Of a stretch of 64,000 nucleotides of DNA, positions 1 through 12,700 are shown piece by piece. Under the pieces are notes generated by a model that did no database searches, was not told where the DNA came from, and saw nothing but the letters and a program-made list of their open reading frames with translations. Location: the NCBI GenBank assembly GCA_020137815.1, contig CM035360.1:1302001-1366000 (forward strand). Reading direction: 5' to 3'. Within the stretch, counting starts at the first letter, position 1. Every line of letters starts with the position of its first letter. Position numbers and translations under genes: made by a program. Origin of the DNA: Hormiphora californensis. Taxonomy: Eukaryota > Animalia > Ctenophora.

Positions 1-2
1 AT

Positions 3-1917
3 GATAATGATAATGATGATGATGATGATGATGACTTATCAGGCAGTATTCATGATGGGTCAAACTGGGTGGATTGGACGGGCTGGTGGGATGAGACAAA
101 CTGGTGGGATGATGATGTTTGGAACGATAACGACGACGACTGGGGCTGGGGTTCTGGAAAATGGGGTTCTGGGAAGTGGTGGAAAAAGAAGAAATGGCTG
201 AAGAACTGGAAGAAAAATAATTGGTGGGGCGGCGATAACTGGGGATCAGATGATTGGGGCACGTGGGACGGTGGATGGATGGACGGTGGATGGTGGGATG
301 CTGACTCTTGGTGGGATGGGAGCACAGATACAGATTGGATAACCGACCTGGATGACATCCTCTCCTTGCTTAATGGTGATGTTGATGATGGTGATCATGG
401 TGATGGTGATGATGGTGGTGATGTTGCTATAGCAACTGTTCCTCCAACAGTGCCTCCAAAACCTGTAACAACTGAACGTCTTGTAAAACCAGTGACACCA
501 TCGAAAAACCCACCAATAGTAGCTGGAAACTCTACAACCAATACGACGAGAACAAAACCTCCAAAACTCGCAGAAGATCCTACCATGGTCCCGGATAAAG
601 TGTATGTAATTCCAGTAACAGATGTTCCAGTGAACCCAGCATACCTCCAAGTAAATCCAACCCTGGTAGAAGAAGATGTCCACCACTTGGAGAGGTTGGA
701 TTTAACTGACCTAAAGGCACTGATGGAGACTCTCAGTTACGGGGAGGATGTTCTCGGTGATAGGGATTGGGTTTGTGACGTCATCAAGGACCCTGACGTC
801 ATGGGGAGCATTGATCTTCTATTGGATGGTGAGGAAGCTACTGAACCTACTGGCATTGAAACGGAAACTGGATCTGGACTTGACGAGGAGCCAACCGAGT
901 CTGGCATTGAAACCGCGGTAGTGACTGGATCTGGAATTGGTGGTGAGGCGATAGTAAATGGTACTGAAGTGGTAGTTAATGGTACCGGAACGAATGAGGA
1001 GGACGCAATCGAAACAGACTTTGTCATTGAGGAAGGGGAAGTAGGGAGTGGCGGTATAATAACCATGATGGTACCATATGTTGATGTAATTACTGACCCG
1101 GTAGTGGGAGCAACTGGAGAGGTTCCTGAAGAGGAATCTGGGGAGGTTCCTGAAGAGGAATCTGGGGAGGCATCTGCTGACCGTTATCCGATACTGATCA
1201 CTCAGATCCCGACTGCTTTGCAAGAAGAAGCTGTTACTGCAATTCCAGAAGAAGAAGGGATCCTGATCGTAGAACCAGGGATGTGGGAGTTAATGGGGTC
1301 GGTGGATGTTATGATTGTGGACGAAACCATGGCAACACCACCACCAGTGGAAAATGCAGTTTCATCAACGTTTTGGTACACAGAGCCGCGTGTTTTAGAG
1401 GTGGGTGTTCAGGATGATGAGATGGATTTCCCTGAACTGGAGGTGAGCGGAAACACGGACACCTTTGAGGAAGAAGAAGAAGAAATAAAGAAAGAGGAGG
1501 AAGAGGAATTATATGCTGGGACGTTCTTCGACAGGTTAGAAGAGAGGTTGGCCAACCCTGAACTAGGTGACCGAGCCCCAATTGCACTTCCAACTACACT
1601 GGAAGACCGAGATGAAGAAGTTAAAGAATACAAAGATAAACATGTTGGAAAGGAGGAAGATGTCGAGATAGAAAAGAAAGAGGAAATAAATGGGATGACA
1701 GATAAACTCGATAAAGTACGTCCAGCAGCTTCGAACGTAATTCGACCGGTCCCAGGGTTCGCTGGTTCGGGAGAATTAAACTTCAACTTGCTTTCCAGTG
1801 ACGCCAAAATCAGGGGCAAACGGTCCGCTATCTTCGCTCCGAAATCTGGATTTTCTGCCACAGGAATGCTATCTCGACGGGAGGAGTTGGGCCTGCGAGT
1901 CTACTTTTCCTTCCTGA
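3..1917 (+). CDS. 3' part of an acidic low-complexity protein: Asp/Trp/Gly-rich block, Pro/Thr-rich spacer and Glu-rich region. 5' end lies outside the window.
   Basis: Frame is open from position 3 (DNDNDDDDDDDLSGSIHDGSNWVDW...), so the GTG at 69 is not a true start. Probable phase-0 intron 1716-1863 (AAA|GTACGT ... TTTTCTGCCACAG|GAA) gives the C-terminus ECYLDGRSWACESTFPS with stop at 1915-1917. The unspliced frame would stop at 1949. Confidence 0.7.
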
Positions 1918-2009
1918 GATCATTTTGTAACCAGCGGGAGGAAGTGTGAGAGAAAATTACTCTGGACAGTGTGTAGTATCATTGATAGCTTACTAAAAAC
2001 ATTTTGAGC

Positions 2010-3045
2010 ACGTGATCGAAGATTTGTAGAGTTTTGTAGACATATTAATAAGTTTAAAAACTTTTTATTACCTGACAAAACTGTATAATTTGTTACCTCC
2101 TCGTTTCCTGTACCAGTACCAGTACCATCTCTAGCCAAAAACAGTCACCAAACATGACCATATAAGGAAAACCATTACAACCTTATAAGGAAATGCGGGT
2201 AACAGTCTTCAATGATCAGCTCTCACCGCCCTACAAGGTATAGGTATACACACTCCAGTCCCTGACCACTATACATCTAATTTCTAGTAGCTAATTGGCA
2301 ACCTAAGTAGGGGCGACTGATGAAGTGGTATCTGGCGCTGGTATGGTTTCTGGTTAAACATCTGGTGAGATATGTGAAGAGGTTTGTGATGAAGTATCCG
2401 AGGAAGTATCTGAAGCGGTTTATGAAGTGGTATCCGGTGAGGTATCTGAGGAAGGTCCTGAAAAGGTGTCTGAGGAAGTATGATCCGGTGAGATATCTAA
2501 CAACCGTTATACGATACCGATCACTCTCCCACCAGTAGCAGTATCACAATTCCAAAAGAAGAAGGTGCTACATCATTGTTCACAGTTCCAGAACAAGGAC
2601 TAGTGGTAGTAGACACAGCTGTGTATAATATGAGTATAATATGGGAGCTAGTGAAACTTAACAGGCGGAACTTAACAGTGGAAGACATGAGAACGTCCCG
2701 AACCATTTATCCTTAACCCCTCTCCTGTGAAAGAAGACTTTGTAGAATTTCGTAAATTTGTAGAATTTCAAAACTTTTTATCCGACAACTTAATCAAGAT
2801 GCTGTCTACTTTTGTTTAGAGTCCGTCACATACAAAGTGTTATTAATCTCCCCGTTTCCTGTACCATCTCTAGCCAACATCGGGACATGTCCATACATGG
2901 TAAACCACCACAACCAAATAAGGGAGTGCGGGTAAAAGTCTTCACTGCCAAGCTCTCAGCCGCTCTACAAGGTATAGATATACACACTCCAGTCCCTCAC
3001 TATACATGTGATTGCTAGTAGATCTAATTGGGCAACCTATAAGTT
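2010..3045 (+). repeat. Degenerate local duplications: 2010-2310 resembles 2730-3045, and 2305-2660 is a decayed copy of coding segment ~1095-1300
   Basis: Shared strings tttcctgtacca/tctctagccaa and ctacaaggtatag.tatacacactccagtccct occur in both copies. accgttatacgataccgatcactc (~2503) matches accgttatccgatactgatcactc (~1180). Confidence 0.7.
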
Positions 3046-3234
3046 TATAGGTTTTGCGAATCGGTTTGCCAAGTTGTTCAGATTTGTTAACTTGCTCCCG
3101 GAAACTTGCTTTTTGGTCATCAAAAACCCACATATCTGCGGAGCTGACTTGTTTGTTTGTTTGTTTGTTTGTGCTATGATTCGGAGCTGACTTGTTGCTA
3201 GTTCAAGTTCCATAACCTCACTTTCAGTTTGGTT

Positions 3235-3277
3235 GGTAACCATGGTAACCATGGTAACTACGGTAACCATGGTAACC
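3235..3277. promoter_or_regulatory. Tandem 9-bp GGTAACCAT array forming overlapping RFX X-box-like palindromes, ~95-135 bp upstream of the giant gene ATG
   Basis: ggtaaccatggtaaccatggtaactacggtaaccatggtaacc. GTAACCATGGTAAC fits the X-box consensus GTNRCC(N0-3)RGYAAC. Confidence 0.35.
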
Positions 3278-3369
3278 TCGCAATCAATTTGACACACAAT
3301 TAGTTTTAGTAAAATAAACAAGTTTTAATGTCTCACTGTTGGTGAAACTGCACCTCTCAAAAAACCAGA

Positions 3370-3380
3370 ATGTTCGCCAG
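3370..3380 (+). CDS. Coding exon 1 of the giant gene (M-F-A-R)
   Basis: ATG TTC GCC AG followed by the donor GTAATA. Phase matches the next exon. Confidence 0.7.
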
Positions 3381-3761
3381 GTAATAAGTTCAACAATCGT
3401 AGTTCGAAGTTATCAGAACAGAGAGAATAGATTAAACTCTCTCAATAGAAGAGTTTTTATCAGCTGTAATCATATATCATAATATAAAGTTGTAAATATT
3501 AGATAAACGCCTTAGTAAACATACAAAACTGCAGCATGTACTAACGATCTTCCCCCGGTCAGATCGATAATATTGCTAGTAGCGCTACAAGTCCTCCAAG
3601 TGCTGAATGCTAAGGACACTCCCATAGTTTTCCATGGTAAGAAATGAAGGAGAGAAACATATAATACAGATCAAGGGTGTTCATAACTTTTCTACTGTTG
3701 TACATTAGTTGAGAAAGATGGGGGAGAGTGAGAGAGAGAAAGTTAAGATAGTGAAAGTTAA

Positions 3762-3798
<37 letters not shown>

Positions 3799-6700
3799 GG
3801 AGAGAAATGCTAGAAAGAAGGATTACCCCAACCCCTGCTGACATAAAACTTACCCGTTGATTCAGGTGATCATCAGCTCCGGCAGCGATTAGAGTTTATC
3901 ACGAGTGAGCATGTTGTCGGAAGAACACAACCCTCAGCCTCAATTTCCACAACCCGCTCTGCAGTCATTGTTATTGATATGCCAAGAGCCGGATTTCCCA
4001 TCGCCATGGCTACCATAGATACCTACCAAAGGTTACAGGTTAGCGGTTTAACGACCGAGAGACGGACTATTATTGTTGGGAACAGTTACAGACTGCCCGG
4101 GTATGGGCTGATATTGATTGATTACAGGGTAATTAGCAGGGTAAATAGCAGAGTTAATTGGGTCGACAGGAGGGTGATTTTGAGTGTGGATCATGTGTCA
4201 AGCTCAGTCAGGGCTAAACGCACGCGTGAGGTGAGAGGGAGTAAACGGGAGAGTTGGGCCATTCGTATAGTCAGTTTGTCCGTTTCCCTGTCACCATCTC
4301 ACTTCTCACCTCACGCAACATCACCCTCACCCTCACCATTCCTCATTTCTCATTCAGGAATCCTCAAATATCCCTCCGTATCCCACAAAAAGGGAGTCGT
4401 CTGTGTGGACCAGGGCGCTATTCGACTCTCAGCCATGGTCCTGATTGACATGCCCCGGGCTGTTAGACCTGGAACGGTGATGGTCATGCCTGGGGTCCCG
4501 GGATGGGGTTCATTCCTGACCCGACACCGCGTCCTACCAACACTACCACCTGTGATGGGTGTGGGTGTACAAAACCAAGATGACAGGAAGATGATTCTGA
4601 TCTTTATCCCTCGATCTATCTCCCTGGGCAGGTCCTTTGCTGTGCCCCTTCAGTCCAGTGAGATCCATGGGGATCTGGGGGTAACTTCCCCACCCTTAAC
4701 TACGTTCAAACAAGGTGGATCATGGAAGCAGGGGTGTACTTTTCACAACTCTCCTCTCCTTGTTCCCGGGAAGGTGGAGCTAAAGAACCCGAAATCCAGG
4801 GTGACCAACAAACATCGTCTTACGAAGAGTTCTGATCGGCTGCAGAGAACGGGGTTAACAAGGGAACAAGAGACGATAGTGGCCACTACTAGAAGGAGGT
4901 CCTACACTCTCACCTCGAAACACGATGGTAAAGTTTTGAAGAGAACAAACCGACTCCTCAGAATGAGGACTAAACACCGGCTAAACTCAAAACAGAGGAA
5001 CCTGCGTAAGAGGTTCACCTACCTGGCCAGCAGACTCCGTCTGGTCCGGGCTTCTCTCATGATAATGGAGATTGAGAGAGAGGAGCTCGAGGGATGGGTT
5101 GAGAGCGAGACCGGTCACGAGATGGATGTCCATGGTGAGGTCGAGGAAGAAGGTCGATGGCTGGTCCCCACTTCTCAGAGACTGGACTATCCAACGTCTA
5201 AATCTACCCCGGAAGTCGTCACCAGAATCCACATGGGGAGGGTGGTACGAATTCCGTCCATCCCAAGCCGTACCCCTCCTGCGTTCGTTCGTGCTCACAT
5301 GTACCACACAGCTCGGGAGATCAAGAAAACATCCCTCTCATTTTCGCTGTGGAATCACCTTGCAGACACCCTAAGCATTATGTTGGAGGTCCCTGGACCA
5401 CAGCTGGGCGGAATCCAAGTGGGAACCTCACCCTGTACCCACTCTTTTAACCGGGTTACCATGACGACGGAGCAATCACCAGGGTCAACATCTTTAGTTC
5501 TTCAGCAAGGGGTTACTGGGAGGAGCACGGCTGGGATGTCTCTCCTGATGTCAACACCAGATGGGCCTGAGCAGTTCGTGGATCACCTTACACCACCCAT
5601 TATCTGCAAACAAGGCAGGAGGAAAGGGAGGGATATTGTGAGGATAAGGACCACAAAGCAGACGCCACATCCATGGTTCACAAGATCAGGATGTAGTTCT
5701 TGTTTTCACACCGTGGATGGGGAAAAGAGATCAGTTACCCTTCTGAGTGGAAAGAGGAGATGCCAGCCAGAGAGGAGACTCCAAAAACGGTCTGGTGGTG
5801 ATCATTATTGTATTGATTGGCTGGAGGGGAGCTATTATTGGGGTGTCAGTGAGGAGAACTTGATTGTTGTTTGGAACTATCAGTTTCCAACTAATTATTC
5901 CCCTGATTACTCCCCTAATAACTCCTCTCAGTCCAACCTAGAATCATGGTACTGGACACCCAGTTTAACTCGGTTCTTCACCTACTACACATTCCTCCAG
6001 ACACTCCAACCAATGTCGGCCCAGGTCCAACGTTTCAGGCTCCGATACCCGGGAATTGACCTTTCAATGCGTCTCTCAATCAAGTTCTGCTTTTGCTTCC
6101 CATCACGGACCCTCACCCTCAGTCTCCGATCAATGAACTACATCACTAACCTATCCGGCAGGATAGTTTCCGCTGGCTACACAATGAAAACACTTGTCAT
6201 TATCCAGTCTGTGCACTCCATTCTCCAACCAGCTGGTGGCTACAACCTGGTTCTACAGCAGCAACACCAAACAGGGTTACTCCAACTCCTCCAACCACCA
6301 CAACTAACTGGTTACATCAGAAGCACCGGATATTCTCTCACTCTAACCAGTGTTACTGGTTACAACACAGATCGCAGGTTGGTTGGGGGTGTGGTTGGGT
6401 TCACCACCACTCATCCACTGCCGGTGAGTATGTTCCTGGTGTATCAGCTCCAACCCTACACGGTAAAAGAGACTCTTATTGTGGTGAATCCTGGTGCTCA
6501 ATTGGAGGTGATTAGTTTCACAGCTAGCAATCTATTCCTCCCAGTCACACCTTATACGATGCGGTACAGAAGTCCAATCTACCGGTCGGTGCAAGTGTTT
6601 AGGTACACGAGTTCCTCAGATATTCATAAATACTACACTCCATTCGTTTTAGGTAGCAGTCTCAGGTTTGAGTTGGTGGCCAAGCCATACTATCGGTCAG

Positions 6701-9700
6701 GGGAACAACGACCAAGGACCTACACCATGTCCAGTGTGAAACTCTTCAAAGTGGTTAGAAAACAGTTGAGGAGTGACCCAGATGGGATATCAAAACATAA
6801 CATTCAGTACTTCTATAAGAGGATAATCGCAGAATTCTCCACCTTTCAGGTTGAACAAAAACATCATCAACCAAAATCCGTGGATAGATCACAACTAAAA
6901 CTTGGATTCAAGCCAAAACTGCTGAAACCCACAACAAGACGGGTTCTCGTGTTCCAAACACACCCCCACCTCATTTACCAAAAGATACCAGTACTATCAG
7001 TGGAAAGGTACAGCGTTTACAATGCTTACAACTACGGCACATCCGTACTACTCTCCCAGCCACATCCTGTGTTAACCTACAGAGAGGTAACGGAGTATGG
7101 GGTGACAATACACGTGTTTGGAGGGAGGAGCTACACTTCATCAAGTATCTCCTTCTATCGGTATTACCTGGGGTCCAGGAGACTCATCCAGGGATACATA
7201 GCGCGTCAGTTGCATCCCCGGATTTCTAAATTTTACTCCCACCTTGCTGCAGAGATGGTGATTGTTCACCACCCTGACAATGTAATTCGACCCGATGATA
7301 AGAGAGAAGGATCAAAGGTGGTGAGGAACCGGGTGAGCGGCTACGACAAGAAGCTGGTACCCATCACCCCGGTGAAATTTCGGACAAGGCAAAAGTTGGT
7401 GAAGGAGCATACTGTGAAGTTGCTGTTTAACTTGATAGGAGCACCAGAAAAACAGGGGGTAAAGTTTGTAATCCAAGATAAACCCTACTTCACCAGGACA
7501 TCCATGGTTCAACGAACTAAAGCTGTTGCGCAACCATCAGTAGGATTATCTCAAATGCTGATTCCTGTTCTGGCAGGCCATTCCAAGCTCAGCTACGTTG
7601 GAGAACATTGTGGGTTCGTAGTTAGCTCCCTACCACTCCAATTTACGGAAGAAACCCACGTGTTGGGTCTTCGTGAGGTGATCACAATGACTAAAACTCG
7701 CTCATGGCTGGCCCATTCTTTCAAATCTGTAGACACCAGTATCGAGAACCGTGGAAACATCGGACATCAAAGAACTCGTCTGGACAGGATCACCTGGCTT
7801 CAAACTGACACGAGGAAACGTGTGAAAGCAGTGGTGACTGGAAGAGTGAGTGACAGTACACGGATGACCATATCTACCAGCGATAAGAATGCTTACGTAA
7901 GGGTCCTAACCAGAAAGCAAACGAAGGCAGTAAAAAAGAATGGCTCCACAGTGGTGAAACTCATTAAAGTGCTCCTATATGAGACGAGAGAAACGGTCAC
8001 AAAACAAGACAAACACACTATCACCAGTCTTCGAAAGCGAACCGTGACAGTGTCCCAGCGATCAAGGAAGCTCAAACGGGTTATTTACACCCGTGACCAG
8101 ACTAGCAGGCAGATACAGATAGTTGTCAAAGCTGTGGTGCTGGGCGAAGTTGGGAAACGAGCAGGAATGACAGTCTTTAAAAGTTCAACTGACATTTTGA
8201 AAATTGTTTACCGAAGGCTATCAAGGGTTGAAAAGATTGACCGTTATGTGGGTGTTTCTCAAAAACTAGATAAAATTGTAGCGATTCTCCCCGACACGAC
8301 CGTCAAAATAACAAAACCATCCGGCACCATCCAATCTCGACAACACCAAACAAACCTCAAGACCTTCCACTGGAATCGGAGGTCATCACAACGAGATGTC
8401 CAGACATCAAAAAGAGTTGTCAGAATCTACCAGAAACGAGTAACGGGTTCAGTGGATGACACATTCCGAATGACAATGTCCTACAGCCTCATTTTTGTCA
8501 GCCAGAGTTACGAAACTGATAAGAATATAGTTGGTGTAAAGGTCAGGACAGCACCGGTGACAACTGACGTTAAAGTTGTTCATGAGAGAAAGATTGAGTC
8601 AAAGACTGAAACCCAGCCTAGGCATAAATTCGATTTCACGGTTAAACTCATATCCTTGAGACATCTGAAAGATATGAGGAAGAGGCTGCTACGGAATGCT
8701 AAAATACTTATCAAGTCTAAACTTTTAATGGGAGTTCTAGGTGGATTTGGAGAGAAAACTCATCATCTGGTATCGATCAACACTTTCAAAAACCACAAAA
8801 ACCAAAAAATAACCTGGCATGTCTTTGTAAACAGCCACAGACGGATACAAAGACGACTGAGAGCTAATTCAAGGCTTGATTTGTGGGCACTTCCAAGATT
8901 TGAAGCGAGTTCCAAAACCACAAAACCCCATGTGATGAAGGAGCTGATAATGCCCATGACTAACAAGGGTATGGTAGTCCATCAGGACAGAACTAGCCAG
9001 GTGACACAACTGACTCAGGTGAAAATCACTCAGCTGGTCATTTCGAAACTGTCTGGAACAACCCAATCCTTGGTCATGTTTGTAGTTTTGAATGACATAT
9101 CCGATAGAACAAAGACTCCTAAACGATTCATTGATTCCTTTCAGCGAATAAAAACTGTGCCCCTGCTGCACAAAATACAGAAAATATACGAGCGTGCGTT
9201 TCGGCAGCAATCTAATTCTGAGCCGAAGAAGGAAATCGAGTTCTTGTTCCGTAGACAACTGAGAAAACTTTCTGACAAGTACGCGTCAAGGTATTCAATT
9301 GAGAGGAAGATTCCGACAAAAACCGCTCTAATCAAAGGAAGTTTGGGCAAATTTACAAAAATAACTTTACTCAGAAAAGAATTTGTCGTAAAAACTAGAA
9401 AGGAAAACTTCCATATTGTCACAGCAAAGTACCTGATTGGAGTCACCAGGCACATCTCAACAACAAAAACTAAAACTAAATTGGGTTCCAGGGTGTTCCC
9501 GTTGGTGGTGGTACTAAAACATGAGGTGACAACCAATGCGGAACACCGTCTTGCTAGTCTCTGGAGCAGTGCCTTTGAGCTCAGTGTTGTGGGGAGTCGA
9601 AGAATTCCCATAGATCAATCAAAGAGGTTTAAACTAATTGCTAGGGCAGAGAGCCTGTTTAGCACGGAAGTGGGAAGATCTCAGCGTATGGTGACACATG

Positions 9701-12700
9701 GAAAAATGGGAAATGAACTCAAAGTTTTTACCAAGTTTTTATTCTCTGTCGGGATTAAGAAACCATATGCCAGACAGGTGACACAACTCAAAAAGCTATC
9801 TGGGAATACTTTTGAGGGCAAGGTGACCACTGAAAAGAAGAAGACCATCACAGTTATTGTCGTGAGGAAGCTCACTACACACACAGTAGCAAAGGAGAGA
9901 GCTCAATTTCACTGACAGAAAAACATCCACCAAGACCATCTCAAAGAAAGTGATTGCCAGGGAATTACTACGTGGAGCCAGTAAATCTGAAGTGATGACG
10001 TCTTTTTCCCAAGGAGTCAATACAGCAGACGAAGCTGAAACTGAGACAAGTCTGAAAGCTGCAGGTGTCAAGACTGTTCTTCCGACCAAGGTTGTTTTAA
10101 AGAAACTAGTGAAACTCGAGCTAATGGGTTCTAGTAAAACCGTTTCAGCCAAGAAAATCAAACATCTCCTGCTGGCTAGCATCAATTACAGAGCGGTGGA
10201 CCACAGTCGACTGGGATACCAAATTGAACAAAACACAGGAGTAAAAGTTACTCAAGTGACCAAGATGACTCTCCAGAAATCAGCCAAGTTTATCAACTTT
10301 GCCATCGCTGGCACCCGAGTGTCACACAAAGCTGATCGGGTTATAAAGTACCTAAACTCTGTGGCAGCGACCGATGAACTTGGAGCAGTTTATAAGAAAC
10401 ACCCGCTTGTGAGTGGCAAGGTTACACAGACTAGCCATACAATTAGCCAGTACAAACTGACTTTTCAGTTCTTCGCAAGGACAGGTGGTCCCGTGGAATT
10501 TTATCATAAGAAAAGAGTGGCGGACGCTGCAATTTCAACAGGAAAGAGTGTAATTATTGGCGGTAGACCTCAGTTGAAACCTTCATTCAAGACTCATCCA
10601 ATCTACATTTTCCAAGATTTTAGCCGTAACGCCGTTAGGAAGGTAGAAAGAAACAAATTCTCTCATGCCAGACTTATCAAAAGGACAACCGGAACCGGAA
10701 AAGCGAAAAAGGAAGTACTTGTTATTTTACTCAGCTTCACAACCACCGTCTTCAAGCGAACAATTCGAGTTTGGCGGCTAAACCATCGCTCACTCTTTTC
10801 ACATGGACGTGTTCGATCTCGTGGTGTTGCCCAGACTGCCATCTCCCAGGATAACAAAGTGGTCCAAGTGGTAAAAGCGGTGTTACGAGAAAAATTTGAC
10901 AACACGGCTCATTTTGTACCGGGTACATTCCAGGTTAAAGATGGCTATGTAACACACAAGTTTCGTGCGTTCAGCACCCATGACTTTTGCTACACCGGTA
11001 CGAAGAGTAAAGTGAAAAAGCTGATGATTGCCAAACTGACCGGTGGAACACAACACACAGATCATACCATCAAAAGAGCACACGATGTTAAAGTTACCCG
11101 TTTCCTCCTTGTTGACGGGGAATGGCACCAACGTATTGAGAAGAGACTCCGGATTGAAACTGGGAAGGTCAAGGTTGTAAAGGTCTCAATTCGGGTTCTT
11201 TTTGGAGAACATTCCATTATTTTCCGGTTTTCCCACGATTTGATCTCGGAAAAGCTAATACTTGTCAACAGGTACAAGTCTACAGGTCATCGACAAACGT
11301 TCAATGACAAGACCGCCCTACAAACACGGAAACTTGTGCGAAAGAAGATCGTGAAACTAGCACACAAGAATATTGGTGGGTCAAAATTCAAAACTTGGGG
11401 CAGACCTCTCAACTTGAAAGTAAAGAAAGATGGACTTTCACGGGAATTTAGGATGCTAGGAGTGGTCCATCGTGCCGGTAACTGGAGAATTCACCTCTTT
11501 TCTACCTTAAAACATCGCACTTTAGAGAAGATCAAATTCTGGGCTTTGCAAGGGTCCTTACTATCCGTGGTTGTTGACTACCCTCTGACATTTAGAGCGG
11601 ACCACCAAGTCAAGAAGCAGTACCAGCTACAGAGTCACAAAATTAAACATGGAACTAAGTATACTGGACTAAAAACTACGTTTGACGTCAACGGTGGGAG
11701 CGGTGATTATAAACTCCACCAGTTCGTCCTTCATACCACCCTCTCAATCGGCAAAGCTTACCAGGATGCTTCAAGCGGGGATAAGGAGATGAGGGTAGGA
11801 TGGGTTCATTTGTTTAGAGATCCTCAGCTAATGACAGGTTACTGGAGAAGGACCACAACTCGATTTGAGGTTGGTAACAATCTAAAGAAAGAGCCCCTGG
11901 AGGTATGGAGCCGTCAAAGAGTCGTATTGATTTCCGATCCATTATCAGTAACTTACACACGCCTAGTGATTCCCAAGGGGAGGGCAGAGTTTGTCGTACG
12001 AAGATCAAAGGTGCACGGTGAGCCGGTGAGGCTGATAAAACAATCTGCAAATACAGTTTCAACTGTATCAGGAATTAGAGCTCAATACCACCAAGATCCA
12101 CAGATTGGCTACCTCACAACCTACCATCCCCTACCGCTACTATCCACTAAATCTACCACTACTCATGTTTTCTCTATGGTACCATCAGAAACACTGCAAC
12201 CAAGGAAATCAACGGGCAGAAAATCATCAGCACAGTCCCTTTTCGGGGACTACAATTCCCTGACTTGCAGGAAGTACTCGGTACATCTACTCAAGGTTCA
12301 CTACTGCAATGCGGTTAAACTCTGCAACGAGAGGCCTGATGACGATGATACAGATACACGGGGGACAAAGGAGGAGTCATCTGATAAGCAGCAGGGGACT
12401 TCAGATTCGAAGAAATCTGATTCGAGGAAATCTGCAGGACAGGGTAAACAGAAAACAGATACCAGGGATTACGATACAATTTGTTCGTGGATCGATGACT
12501 TCAAGTCCCGATATCGTCTAATGAATCGTCTGTTTGAAGATGCAACTTTTATTGAACAGTTCAACTGCAATGAGGTTACACAAACGGTACCTGACTTCCA
12601 ATCCCCTTCTACCAATCCCCTACCAACTTGCTCTAAATCTGAAACCTTGAAGTACTTTAGAGGTCCTGAACTACCGAAAGAGTGTAGTAAGGTACTCCCG

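Noticed and set aside
1-201. Poly-Met ORF in frame 1
   Set aside because: Alternative reading of the (GAT)n poly-Asp tract of the long frame-3 ORF.
4210-5790. Furin-type sites (RAKR, RRLQKR) defining a propeptide
   Set aside because: The protein is so K/R-rich that such sites are expected by chance, so they cannot be supported from sequence alone.
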